Shown here: in pieces, positions 1-9,396 of the stretch
How positions within the stretch are numbered: the stretch's first letter is position 1
Layout of the letters: every line of letters starts with the position of its first letter
DNA from: Candidatus Krumholzibacteriota bacterium
GTDB lineage: Bacteria > Krumholzibacteriota > Krumholzibacteriia > JAJRXK01
Assembly: GCA_963806035.1 (NCBI GenBank)
Contig: CAWDWO010000020.1
Location: forward strand, 31,657 to 95,656
DNA: 64,000 bases
Direction of reading: 5' to 3'
Made by a program: the position numbers and the translations under genes
Notes under the pieces: generated by a model
The model's input: the letters and a program-made list of their open reading frames with translations, nothing else
Told to the model about the DNA's origin: nothing
Database searches by the model: none

Positions 1-391
1 TCCCCAAGAGCGCGCCCCAACCCGGTGCACCCAGGCTGAGGAGGAGCCAGAACAGGGTCACCGCCGCGGCTCCATGCAAAAGCAGATCGCTCAAATGGTA
101 GTAGCGCGGATTCAATCCGTGGAGCAGGTAGTCGACCCCGTAGCTCAGTCCGGTAAAGGGCCGGTAGAAACCGACTTCCGGCTGGATGTGGTCGCGGACC
201 TCGTGCGCGAAGCAAGCCAGGGGACCCGCCGGAGACTCGAAGCGATTTGCTTCGATGAGGGGTCCGCTGTCCAGGCCGGTGAAGTCGAGAGGGAGAATCC
301 AATAGAAGGCGCCGACGGCCAGAGCGAACACGAACAGTGCGCCGAGTCGCAGACCCCGCCAGGAGCCGGAAGAAGAACTGAGTCGATTCAT
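1..391 (-). CDS. Membrane protein, GT-C/TMTC-like glycosyltransferase N-terminus (runs off the window edge)
   Basis: Not in the ORF track. Manual translation from ATG at 391 gives MNRLSSSSGSWRGLRLGALFVFALAVGAFYWILPLDFTGLDSGPLIEANR...FYRPFTGLSYGVDYLLHGLNPRYYHLSDLLLHGAAAVTLFWLL, the YRP...YH..(N/D)LLLH pattern of TMTC-like GT-C enzymes. Open to position 1. Confidence 0.7.
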   Translation of the reverse strand, partial: MNRLSSSSGSWRGLRLGALFVFALAVGAFYWILPLDFTGLDSGPLIEANRFESPAGPLACFAHEVRDHIQPEVGFYRPFTGLSYGVDYLLHGLNPRYYHLSDLLLHGAAAVTLFWLLLSLGAPGWGALLG

Positions 392-489
392 GGGCTCATG
401 GTGGGACAAGCGCGCGGTTTGGTCACGCTCGAATCCACTGGGCCAGTCCGTCATGGCCCTGCCCATCAACTGCCGCTATGTTCCTTGCC

Positions 490-3261
490 ATGAGTACCTC
501 CATCGCGCCGAAGATCAGCAAGATCGTCCTCGCCAACGGTCTGCACATTTTCGTGCTTCCTCGAGAGTTCAGCTCGACTTTCGCCGGCTACTACCACTTC
601 GACGTGGGAAGCGCGCACGATCCGCTCGGGCGCTCGGGGATCGCGCACCTGCTGGAACACATGATGTTCAAGGGTACCAAGCGCATCGGTACGACCCGGG
701 CCAATGAATACAGTGAATTGGTGACCCGAGCTGGGGGACACGGCATGAACGCCACCACCAGCTACGACATGACGCGCTATTACGTTCAGCTTCCCTCGCA
801 CCAACTCGAGATGTGGTTTTCGCTGGAGGCGCAGAGGCTCAAAGAGCCGGTCTTCCGTGAATTCGAACCCGAACGCGAGGTGGTGCTGGAGGAACGGCGT
901 CTGAGAGTCGAGAACCAGGCTGAGGGAGTGGCCTACGAGCGGCACCGGAGACTGCTCTACCCGGATCATCCCTACGGAGTGCCCGTGATCGGCTGGCCGG
1001 AGGACATCCGCGCCCTGAAGCGCAGTGACGCGCAGGAGTACTTCCACACCTGGTACTCGCCCTCCAACTGCACCATGGTCCTGGTCGGGGATCTCAACCC
1101 CGGGCAGGTAGAGACCCTGGCTGATAAATATCTCGGCGCGTGGGAAACCCAGGATCTCCCCGAGCGCCCGCCGCGGCCGGTCAAGAGCATCGATTCCGTC
1201 CGGCGGGACAAGGTAGAGTTCGACGCCCTCGGCCACCTTCGCATGGCCTGGATCACCGTTCCGGAAAAGCACCCCGATCACGACAAGCTCTCGCTCCTCT
1301 CCGCCGTCCTGGGCGAACTCAACTCCTCGCGTCTCACGCGCCGCCTGGTCCACGAGCGCGAAATCGCGGCCGCGGTGATCTCCTTCGCCTACGGGCAACA
1401 CGAGAGTGGGAGCTTCAACATCATCGCCCGCCCCACCTCGAAGAGTTCTTTGAGCGAGCTCGAGTCGGAAATTCTGCAGGTGGTTCACGAACTGGGCGAA
1501 AACGGGGTCGAACAGGAAGAACTCGATCGGGCGCGTATCTACCTCGAAGCCAATCGCACGCAGAGACTCTATTCCAAGCTGTCCCTGGCGATGGACATCG
1601 GGGCCGAGGTTGCCCTCTCTGAAGATCCCGCGCGCCTGGACACCTACGAAGAGCGCCTGGCCGCGATCACCCCCGAGCAGGTGAACGAACTCGCGCGGCG
1701 ATGGCTCGCTCCCGAGCAACGTTGCGTGGTCGAACTCGAACGCGCCGCGGGGGCGGGCGCCGGCAATGGCCAGGGACTCGCGGCCGAGGCCGGCGAGAGC
1801 AGCGAACACCGGCGCCAGGTGGAGCCGAGCCGGCGCGGAGCCGAACACTCGGAGGGCTTCGTGGAGATGCTCGCGCTCATCGATAGCGCACCGCGGGCGC
1901 AATTCCACGTGCCAGCCGTGGGAAGTGACGTCCGCCGCGAGGAAATCTCAGCCGGTCCCACGCTCTTTCTCAAGGAGGATCACGACCTTCCCGGAGTCAG
2001 ATTCAACCTCCACTTCAAGGGAGGCAGCAATTCGGCTCCGCTGGAAATTCTCAGCGCCTACGCACTGGCGGGCGCCCTGTGGCAGGAAGGGGGAGCGGGT
2101 GAACTGGACCCGAATGCCCTCGAGCGCGCCAAGGAAGATCTGGGCATCACCATGAGCATGCGCCCTGGCCCCACCGGCTGGCAGCTTTCGCTGTGGACTC
2201 TCTCGCGCAATCTGGATCCCGCCCTGAAACTGCTGCGCGCGATGCTGCGCGAACCGCGGCTCGATTCCACCCGACTGGGCATTCTCGCCACCAAGCAGAT
2301 CGAGCTCATGCGACGGCGAGCGGACTACCCGGCCTGGGCCATCGGTTTCTTGGGACAAAAAGTCCTGTACGGCGACCATCCCCGGCTGGGCTACCAGCCG
2401 ACGCGGCAGGAAATCGAGAGCTTGCGGCCCACGGACATCGCCCAGGTTCTCGCGCGCCAGTTGGGTCCGGCGAATTGTTACCTGACCGCGGTGGGCGACT
2501 TTCGCTCCGAAACGCTCATCACGGCCCTCGATGAGAGCTTCCGCGGCTGGCCCGCGGCATCGGATCCCGAGAGAGTGTGGCTGCAACGCGAGCCCTCGCT
2601 GAATCCTGGAGTCCACATCCTGGCCAAAGAACTGGCCCAACCGGCGGTGCGCTTCCTCGCGGAAATCGCCGTCGATCGGCGGATCGCCAACGAGGAGCAC
2701 GCGGCGCTGGAAATTCTGAATCGCATCCTCGGCGGCAGTGGCTTCCGCTCGCGGCTCATGGAGAGACTCCGCAGCGACGAAGGACTCACCTACGGCGTCT
2801 CCTCTTCCATCGCCCACGACTATCGCCCCGGCGTGCCGGGCCTGTGGGCCATCTCCTTCCAAACCCGTAAAGATGCGGTGGCGCGCGCGGTGGCCATCGT
2901 GGAGGAGGAATGCCGCCGCCTGCGCGAGGAGCTACCCGCACCCGATGAGGTGCTCGAGCAAATCCAGGCCTGGCAGAACAGCTTCCTCTTCCGTTTCGAA
3001 AACGAAGCGCAGGCGGTGACCCGGCTCATGAACCACGAGTTGGATGACCGCCCTTACGAGAGGGACCTGGAAGTCCTCGCGCAGATCGAGCGCGTGACTC
3101 GCGAGCAGATCCGCGAGGCGGCGCGGCGCTGGCTTCAACCCGAGAATTTTTCCATCACCATCTTCGGCACCCCGAGCGAGGAAGAGCGGAAAGCTCTGCA
3201 AGCGAGCCATTCGTTGAAGGACTGGCAGCACGAAGAGGTGTTGGGGGGCGGTTACGACTGA
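490..3261 (+). CDS. M16 family (insulinase/pitrilysin) zinc peptidase, two fused halves
   Basis: GIAHLLEHMMFKGT (HxxEH), NATTSYDMTRYY, EREVVLEERR, HPYGVPVIGW; the second half has LRSDEGLTYGV. Start 478 or 490. Confidence 0.9.
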   Translation: MSTSIAPKISKIVLANGLHIFVLPREFSSTFAGYYHFDVGSAHDPLGRSGIAHLLEHMMFKGTKRIGTTRANEYSELVTRAGGHGMNATTSYDMTRYYVQLPSHQLEMWFSLEAQRLKEPVFREFEPEREVVLEERRLRVENQAEGVAYERHRRLLYPDHPYGVPVIGWPEDIRALKRSDAQEYFHTWYSPSNCTMVLVGDLNPGQVETLADKYLGAWETQDLPERPPRPVKSIDSVRRDKVEFDALGHLRMAWITVPEKHPDHDKLSLLSAVLGELNSSRLTRRLVHEREIAAAVISFAYGQHESGSFNIIARPTSKSSLSELESEILQVVHELGENGVEQEELDRARIYLEANRTQRLYSKLSLAMDIGAEVALSEDPARLDTYEERLAAITPEQVNELARRWLAPEQRCVVELERAAGAGAGNGQGLAAEAGESSEHRRQVEPSRRGAEHSEGFVEMLALIDSAPRAQFHVPAVGSDVRREEISAGPTLFLKEDHDLPGVRFNLHFKGGSNSAPLEILSAYALAGALWQEGGAGELDPNALERAKEDLGITMSMRPGPTGWQLSLWTLSRNLDPALKLLRAMLREPRLDSTRLGILATKQIELMRRRADYPAWAIGFLGQKVLYGDHPRLGYQPTRQEIESLRPTDIAQVLARQLGPANCYLTAVGDFRSETLITALDESFRGWPAASDPERVWLQREPSLNPGVHILAKELAQPAVRFLAEIAVDRRIANEEHAALEILNRILGGSGFRSRLMERLRSDEGLTYGVSSSIAHDYRPGVPGLWAISFQTRKDAVARAVAIVEEECRRLREELPAPDEVLEQIQAWQNSFLFRFENEAQAVTRLMNHELDDRPYERDLEVLAQIERVTREQIREAARRWLQPENFSITIFGTPSEEERKALQASHSLKDWQHEEVLGGGYD

Positions 3262-3350
3262 GGGCGCTTGGGGCGCTGCGAGCGGAGCGGCAGGACTTCA
3301 AAAGATGGGTCGCCGCCGCCCCTTTTCCAAAGCAAATCTGATCCCGCGCT

Positions 3351-3397
3351 CCGACCGAATGTCAGTCCGATTCTCCTCCTTCTTGACAGAATGTCCG
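3351..3397. promoter_or_regulatory. Tandem GACA-N3-TGTC palindromic sites upstream of the sigma factor gene
   Basis: CCGACCGAATGTCAG (3351-3365) and TTGACAGAATGTCCG (3383-3397), 32 bp apart. The same motif occurs at 21469, 21494, 23073 and 40564. Confidence 0.6.
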
Positions 3398-3492
3398 ACT
3401 GCGTGGATTTGGATTTGATTTTGGATTCAGAGCCAGTGATTTAACTGATTCTATCACAATGACTTAAAATCTATGGCTCCCAGCTCGATTCT

Positions 3493-3507
3493 CGGCGCGA
3501 GACTTGA
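3493..3507 (+). promoter_or_regulatory. Candidate sigma54 -24/-12 promoter
   Basis: CGGCGCGAGACTTGA versus consensus TGGCAC-N5-TTGC (GA instead of GC at -12); follows an AT-rich tract and lies about 100 bp downstream of the tandem palindromes. Confidence 0.35.
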
Positions 3508-3519
3508 TGATGGATCCAG

Positions 3520-4461
3520 GTGCAACCGCGGGATTCTCCCCCACCGCAAGGCCTGTCCCCACGGGACCGCGGTTATTCAGCGAGAGGAAGTACAGTGAGA
3601 AGCGCTGCCGCCACCGTCGAGAATCGGACGAATCTGGACATCTACTTCAGCGAGGTCCATCACTACACCCCCCTCAGCCGCGACCAGGAAGTCGAGCTGG
3701 GCCGCGCCATCCGAGGGGGCGACGAAGATGCCCTGCAGAAGCTGGTCAACGCGAACCTGCGATTCGTGGTGTCCATCGCCAAGCAGTTCGCCCGCTACGG
3801 CGTTCCCCTGGAAGATCTCATCAACGAGGGAAACCTGGGTCTGATCGAGGCCGCCAAGCGTTTCGACGAGCGCAGGGGATACAAGTTCATCTCTTATGCG
3901 GTGTGGTGGATTCGGCAGTCGATCATGATCGCTCTCGCGCAACAGTCCAAGGCAGTGCGGATGCCGTTGAACCGCGCGCGCGCGCTGCATCGTCTGCGCA
4001 AAGCGAACACTCGTTTGGAGCAGAAGCTCGAGCGCACGCCTGGCGCGGACGATCTGGCGAAGGAACTGGGCATCACCGAAGAGGAAGTGCGAGATACTCT
4101 TCCCCTGATGCACGAAGCGGTCTTTCTCGACGACACGGTCAGCGAGGGAAGCACCACCACCTACATCGACCTTCTGGCGGGCGAGGACGAACCGTCCCCG
4201 GATCTTCCAATCCTCGAAGACGAGCTACGCCGCGGTGTTTCACAGGCCCTGAAGCACCTGCGCAGCCGCGAAGCCGAGGTCCTGAGGCTCTACTTTGGCC
4301 TTGAAGGCTGCAACCAGATGACCCTGGAAGAGATCGGCAAGAGGATGAGCCTCACCCGTGAGCGCATCCGCCAGATCAAAGAAGAGGCTCTGGAGAAGAT
4401 GCGTTCGCGTCGCAGCTTCAAGTTCCTCACGGACTATCGGGAGATGGCAACGCTGCACTGA
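3520..4461 (+). CDS. Sigma-70 family RNA polymerase sigma factor, RpoD/RpoS-like, lacking region 1.1
   Basis: Region 1.2 LDIYFSEV..TPLS, region 2 NANLRFVVSIAK...DLINEGNLGLIEAAKRFDERRGYKFISYAVWWIRQ, region 4 TLEEIG...LTRERIRQI. The true start may be GTG at 3595. Confidence 0.93.
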   Translation: MQPRDSPPPQGLSPRDRGYSARGSTVRSAAATVENRTNLDIYFSEVHHYTPLSRDQEVELGRAIRGGDEDALQKLVNANLRFVVSIAKQFARYGVPLEDLINEGNLGLIEAAKRFDERRGYKFISYAVWWIRQSIMIALAQQSKAVRMPLNRARALHRLRKANTRLEQKLERTPGADDLAKELGITEEEVRDTLPLMHEAVFLDDTVSEGSTTTYIDLLAGEDEPSPDLPILEDELRRGVSQALKHLRSREAEVLRLYFGLEGCNQMTLEEIGKRMSLTRERIRQIKEEALEKMRSRRSFKFLTDYREMATLH

Positions 4462-4507
4462 GTCGCTCCGAGGCCAAGGGCCTCCTGGGCCCACTAGATC
4501 CCGGCGA

Positions 4508-4543
4508 GCGGGCTGTCTTTCTTGGACAGCCCGCCTTGCTTTT
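4508..4543 (+). terminator. Rho-independent terminator after the sigma factor gene
   Basis: Stem GCGGGCTGTC / GACAGCCCGC (10 bp) followed by CTTGCTTTT. Confidence 0.65.
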
Positions 4544-4606
4544 GTGCCCTCGGGAAAACATCGTTCAGAGCGTAACGGGGGGATGTCTTTCTCGGCGGGA
4601 GCTGCC

Positions 4607-6517
4607 ATGAACAAGGCCCAAGAACTGTACCGAAGCAAATTGACCACGGCTGACGAAGCACTGAGTCAGGTGAAGTCCGGCTCGCGCGTTCTCGTCGGTT
4701 CCGGCTGTGCCGAGCCGCAGGCTTTGGTTGGCGCACTGTGCCGCCAGGCCGATCGACTTCACGATGTCGAAGTCGTCCACTTGCTCACCTTGGGATCGGC
4801 CGATTACGTCAACCCTGATTACACCGGGCACTTCCGGCACAACGCCTATTTCATCGGCGGCAACGTGCGCAAGGCGGTGTGGGAAGGTCGCGCCGACTAC
4901 ACCCCGATTTTCTTGCACGAGATTCCCGAGTTGATGCGCAGCGGACAGCGGCCGACGGACGTGGCGCTTCTGCAAGTAACTCCGCCCGATCGTCACGGAT
5001 ACTGCAGTCTGGGAATTCACGTCGACATTCAGATGGCGGCCGTCGAGACGGCCAAAATCCTCATCGCCGAAGTAAACCCCAACATGCCGCGCACTCTTGG
5101 GGACAGCATCATTCACATTTCGCGTTTCGACTCGCTGGTGGAAGTGGATACGCCCCTCCTGGAGCTGCCCCTGCAGGAACCCAACGAGGTTTCGATTCGG
5201 ATCGGCGGGAACATCGCTGACCTCATCGACCACGGCAGCACGCTGCAACTCGGGATTGGAAACATCCCCAACGCCGTCCTCAAGTTCATGACGGAGAAAC
5301 GCCACTTGGGGATTCACACCGAGATGATCAGCGACGCCTGCATTTCTCTCATCGAAAACGGGAACATCGACAACACGCGCAAGACGATCCATCGTGGGAA
5401 GACGGTGGTGAGTTTCGTCATGGGCTCGCGCAAGCTCTACGATCTCGTCGATGACAATCCGAGCATCGAGTTCTATCCGAGCGACTATGCGAACGACCCC
5501 AGAGTCATCGCGCGCAACGACAAGATGGTGGCGATCAATTCCGCGGTGCAGGTCGATCTCACCGGGCAAGTGTGCAGCGACTCCATCGGCTACAAGTTCT
5601 ACAGCGGAATTGGCGGTCAAGTCGATTTCATTCGCGGAGCCGCGATGAGCAAGGGAGGCAAGCCGATCATCGCGCTTCCCTCCACCGCCAAGGACGACAC
5701 GGTCAGCCGCATCTCGCCCTTCCTGGATGAGGGCGCCGGCGTGGTCACGAGCCGCGGCGACGTGCACTACGTGGTGACGGAATATGGCGTGGCCTACTTG
5801 CACGGCAAGACGATTCGTGAGCGCGCCCTGGCCCTCATCAACATCGCCCATCCCAACTTCCGTGAAGACCTGCTCGACTTCGTCCGCAGTAAGCATTACG
5901 TGCAAGCCGACGAAGAAGTCTGGCGTCAGATCATGAATCCCTTTCCTGTCGACTGGGTGGAAAACCGGACATTCGGCGATTCCATGTGTATGGTGCGTCC
6001 CATCCGTGCTGACGACGAACGTAAACTCCAGGAATTCTTCTACAGCCACGAACCCGAAACGATCTACCAACGCTACTTTCACGCGAAGAGCCAACTCGGA
6101 CACCAGGAAGCCGCCATGGCCTGTTCGGTCGACTACAAGAACCGCATGGCTTTCGGAGTCTTTGAACGCGCCGATCGTGAGGCCGAGCGTATCGTGGGCA
6201 TCGGCCGCTACGAACTCAACAACCGCACCAACATCGCGGACACGGCCTTCGTGGTGCACGAGGACTTCCGGGGACTGGGCATCGGAAGCCACCTCCTGGA
6301 GAAGATCATCGACTACGCCAAGTCCCAGGGGATCGCGGGAATTCGCAGCGAGTTCCTTCCCACCAACAAGGACGCCAAGGAAATCCACGAGCGCATGGGG
6401 CACACCCTGGAATGGGACGAGGAAGACCAGATCTACCGTGTGTTTACGCGCTTCGAGCGGCCCAAGCGCCCCCGGCGCGGACGTGGACCCACCCACGAAG
6501 TCGAACCCCACGCCTAG
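4607..6517 (+). CDS. Acetyl-CoA hydrolase/CoA-transferase (4-hydroxybutyrate CoA-transferase type) fused to a C-terminal GNAT domain
   Basis: STLQLGIGNIP, LGIHTEM, VDLTGQVCSDSIG..YSGIGGQVDFIRGA, VVTEYGVA; C-terminal AFVVHEDFRGLGIGSHLL (GNAT motif A). ATG 4607 after GGGAG. Confidence 0.9.
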   Translation: MNKAQELYRSKLTTADEALSQVKSGSRVLVGSGCAEPQALVGALCRQADRLHDVEVVHLLTLGSADYVNPDYTGHFRHNAYFIGGNVRKAVWEGRADYTPIFLHEIPELMRSGQRPTDVALLQVTPPDRHGYCSLGIHVDIQMAAVETAKILIAEVNPNMPRTLGDSIIHISRFDSLVEVDTPLLELPLQEPNEVSIRIGGNIADLIDHGSTLQLGIGNIPNAVLKFMTEKRHLGIHTEMISDACISLIENGNIDNTRKTIHRGKTVVSFVMGSRKLYDLVDDNPSIEFYPSDYANDPRVIARNDKMVAINSAVQVDLTGQVCSDSIGYKFYSGIGGQVDFIRGAAMSKGGKPIIALPSTAKDDTVSRISPFLDEGAGVVTSRGDVHYVVTEYGVAYLHGKTIRERALALINIAHPNFREDLLDFVRSKHYVQADEEVWRQIMNPFPVDWVENRTFGDSMCMVRPIRADDERKLQEFFYSHEPETIYQRYFHAKSQLGHQEAAMACSVDYKNRMAFGVFERADREAERIVGIGRYELNNRTNIADTAFVVHEDFRGLGIGSHLLEKIIDYAKSQGIAGIRSEFLPTNKDAKEIHERMGHTLEWDEEDQIYRVFTRFERPKRPRRGRGPTHEVEPHA

Positions 6518-6602
6518 CGCGGGCTTGCCGGATCGCACGGGGCACGGCACACTGTCGTCTTCACCCTGAGAGTGGAGACTTCAGCCGACGGATGCCCCCA
6601 GA

Positions 6603-7661
6603 ATGACCGAGCGCTTCACAACCCGCGCCCTCGAGCCGGCTGAGTATCCCGACTGGGAGAAATTCGTCGCGGAATCTCCCGACGGCAGCATCTACTCGCT
6701 GCCCTCCTACCTCGAGGTCCTCTGCGCGGCAACCGGTGCCCGTTATCGAATTCTGGCCGTTTTTCGCGATGGCGTGATCGTGGGGGGCGTGGCTCTCTAC
6801 GTGAGCTCGAGTCCGGTGGGAAACTACGTGGCTCCACGCTTTTTACTCTACTACAACGGCCTGGTCCTGGCGCGCTCCAGCTCGAAGTATCCTTCCCAGC
6901 GCACTTCTTTGAGTCTTCACATCATGGACGCCCTCGAATCCGCGCTTCAGAAGGAAGGCTACGCTCATCTGCGTCTCCACTCGCGCGCGACGATCAGCGA
7001 TGTCCGGCCCTTTCTCGCGAAGGGCTGGTCCGCCCGGCCCTCGTTCAGCTACGTGGTCGATCTGAGTGACATCGAGTCGGCCAGAAACCGGGTCGAGAGA
7101 AATTTCCGCCGTCTCATCAAACGCTGTGAACAGGACGGTATCGTGATGAGTCAAGACGACGACTTCGAGTCGTTCTTCGCTCTGCACGATGAAATTCACC
7201 GCCGCAAGGGCGTGCCGCTCTACCTTCGCAAGCCGCGCTACCGCGAGTACTACCTGAAGCTGCGCGAGCGATCGCTCTGCAAACTCTTCCATGCCCGACT
7301 TCCACAGGGCCAGTCCATCGCCAGCCAGCTCGTACTCTTGGGTCCCCATCCCATCAGCCACACCGTCTGCGCCGGCGCGGCGGAGGAGTACCTGAAGACC
7401 GGCGCCTCCGTCTTCCTGCGCTGGAAAGCCTGCGAGGCTCTCGCGGCCGACGGTTATGAGGGAAACGATCTCACCGATGCCGAGCTGAATCCCGTGACCC
7501 GCTTCAAGAGCCAGTTGGGCGCCGAGCTGAAGCTCTCCTTCATGCTTCACCGTCAGGATGCGGTGGGCTGGCGTGTGCGCAACGCGGCGCTGCGCCCCTT
7601 CAACTTTTCCCGCCGCGCGTTGCGCGCGGTGCAACGCCGTATCGCGTCGAGGGGAGCCTGA
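6603..7661 (+). CDS. FemAB-like GNAT-fold acyltransferase
   Basis: WEKFVAESPDGSIY, SYVVDLS...RRLIKR, C-terminal RFKSQLGA: the pattern of FemAB-related GNAT proteins. Confidence 0.7.
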   Translation: MTERFTTRALEPAEYPDWEKFVAESPDGSIYSLPSYLEVLCAATGARYRILAVFRDGVIVGGVALYVSSSPVGNYVAPRFLLYYNGLVLARSSSKYPSQRTSLSLHIMDALESALQKEGYAHLRLHSRATISDVRPFLAKGWSARPSFSYVVDLSDIESARNRVERNFRRLIKRCEQDGIVMSQDDDFESFFALHDEIHRRKGVPLYLRKPRYREYYLKLRERSLCKLFHARLPQGQSIASQLVLLGPHPISHTVCAGAAEEYLKTGASVFLRWKACEALAADGYEGNDLTDAELNPVTRFKSQLGAELKLSFMLHRQDAVGWRVRNAALRPFNFSRRALRAVQRRIASRGA

Positions 7662-7662
7662 G

Positions 7663-9396
7663 GTGTTCGCCAACCGCAGCGATTCGGATCTTCCCGCCGC
7701 GGAGATCTTCTGCCGCACCCTCCTTCGACTCGGGGTAGACGTCATCTTTGGACTGCCCGGGACGCAGAACGAGGCACTTTTCGAGGCTCTGGGCCGCTTG
7801 GGACCCCGGGTCGTCGTGCCGACCCACGAGCTCGCCGCCTCTTTCGCGGTCAACGGATACGCTCGAAGCAGCGGCCGGCCTGGCGTCCTTCTCACCATCT
7901 CGGGACCCGGTTTCACCTACGCCCTCAGTGGCATCGCCGAAGCGGCTCTCGATTCTGCGGCAGTGCTGCACGTGGTGGTCTCCCGCAGTACACAAAAGGA
8001 TCGGAAGTTTCAACTGCAGGACATCGATCAGAAGGCGATCGCGGCTCCCCTGGTGAAGAGAGTCTTCTGCGTGAACAAAGCAGAAGAGCTGCGTTCCACT
8101 CTGGAAACGGCGTACGCGTGCGCGCGTGAAGACGAGCCCGGGCCGGTCCTTCTGGAAATCGAGTCGGAAGCTCTGAAGAAGGAGCTCTCGTGGCAGGATT
8201 CCCCGCGAGAGAGCGGAGCAGCCGCGGCGCAGGAGGAGTTCTCCGAGGAACTGCGCGCTGCCGTCGCCCGGCTCAAGGAGAGCAAGAAAACGCTGCTGCT
8301 TTTGGGCCAGGGCGCGGCGGGAGCCAGCGAGGAAGCCAGACGGCTGGCCGAGGGTCTGCGGGCCGCGGTTCTCAGCACGAGTTCAGGACGTGGAATCCTC
8401 CCCGAAGATCATCCCCTTTCCCTGGGATTCGAGTTCTCCGGCACGCGCGCGCAGGCACGCAACGCTCTGCTGGAGCGAGCCGATCTCGTTCTGGCCGTCG
8501 GGTGCAAGTTCTCCCACAATTCCAGCCACGGGTTCAAACTGGAGATTCCTCCGCAGAAACTGATTCAGGTCGATCGCTCCCGGGAAGTTCTGCAAGGAAA
8601 TTACCCGGCCAGCCTCAGCGTGCGCGCGGACGCTCGCGGGTTTCTTTCCGCGATCCTGCGCGAGAGCGAGGAGCTCTTCAGCGGAGGGCGCGGCTGGTCG
8701 AGTCAAGAGCTCGTGGATTGGCGCAAACGAGGTCTTCAGTCATCGTGGCTCGAACTCCCCGAGCCCTCGATGCTGGGGAAGGGACCCGAAAATTTCTTCA
8801 CCGCGCTGCGCAACGTGATTCCGCGCGACGGCCTCCTCGTCACCGACTCGGGACTTCACCAACTTCTGGCGCGCCGCTATTACAAGGTGTTCTGTCCGCA
8901 CGGCCTATTGTTACCCACCGATTTTCAATCGATGGGTTTCGCTCTGCCTGCCGCGCTGGGCGTCAAGATCGCTCACCCCGAGCGGACCGTGGGCGTCATC
9001 GTCGGAGACGGCGGCATGGCCATGAGCGGACTCGAGCTTCTTAGCGCCGTCAAGACGAAGCAACAATTCTGCGTCCTGGTGATCAACGATGGGTCGTACG
9101 GGCTCATCCGCCGCAGTCTCGAATCGGCGCACGGCAACGCGTACGGCACGGAACTGGTGAATCCCAATTTCGAGGATCTTGCCCGGGCCACCCACGCCAA
9201 CTACCTGCTCTTGAACCGCAATGCGCAGGCGGGGCTTCGCCGCGCTTTCCAGCTGCCCGGCGTCACCCTGGTGGAGGTCCCGGTCACCGATTCCAGGGAG
9301 ATGATTCTGGCCAAGGCCAAAGGCATGGTGAAGCGAACCGCGGGGCCGCGCGTCCTGAAGAAGCTCAAGGGGCTGCTCGGCCGCAAGGAGGGCTAG
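7663..9396 (+). CDS. Thiamine-diphosphate-dependent enzyme, acetolactate synthase large-subunit family
   Basis: IFGLPG, HE, ISGPG, SMGFALPAALG, GDGG-X24-ND ThDP motif. GTG 7663 after GGGGAG, 1 nt after the upstream stop. Confidence 0.85.
   Translation: MFANRSDSDLPAAEIFCRTLLRLGVDVIFGLPGTQNEALFEALGRLGPRVVVPTHELAASFAVNGYARSSGRPGVLLTISGPGFTYALSGIAEAALDSAAVLHVVVSRSTQKDRKFQLQDIDQKAIAAPLVKRVFCVNKAEELRSTLETAYACAREDEPGPVLLEIESEALKKELSWQDSPRESGAAAAQEEFSEELRAAVARLKESKKTLLLLGQGAAGASEEARRLAEGLRAAVLSTSSGRGILPEDHPLSLGFEFSGTRAQARNALLERADLVLAVGCKFSHNSSHGFKLEIPPQKLIQVDRSREVLQGNYPASLSVRADARGFLSAILRESEELFSGGRGWSSQELVDWRKRGLQSSWLELPEPSMLGKGPENFFTALRNVIPRDGLLVTDSGLHQLLARRYYKVFCPHGLLLPTDFQSMGFALPAALGVKIAHPERTVGVIVGDGGMAMSGLELLSAVKTKQQFCVLVINDGSYGLIRRSLESAHGNAYGTELVNPNFEDLARATHANYLLLNRNAQAGLRRAFQLPGVTLVEVPVTDSREMILAKAKGMVKRTAGPRVLKKLKGLLGRKEG

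Noticed and set aside
7663..9396. Calling the ThDP enzyme ilvB
   Set aside because: No regulatory subunit or ilv genes nearby; the family contains many other activities.
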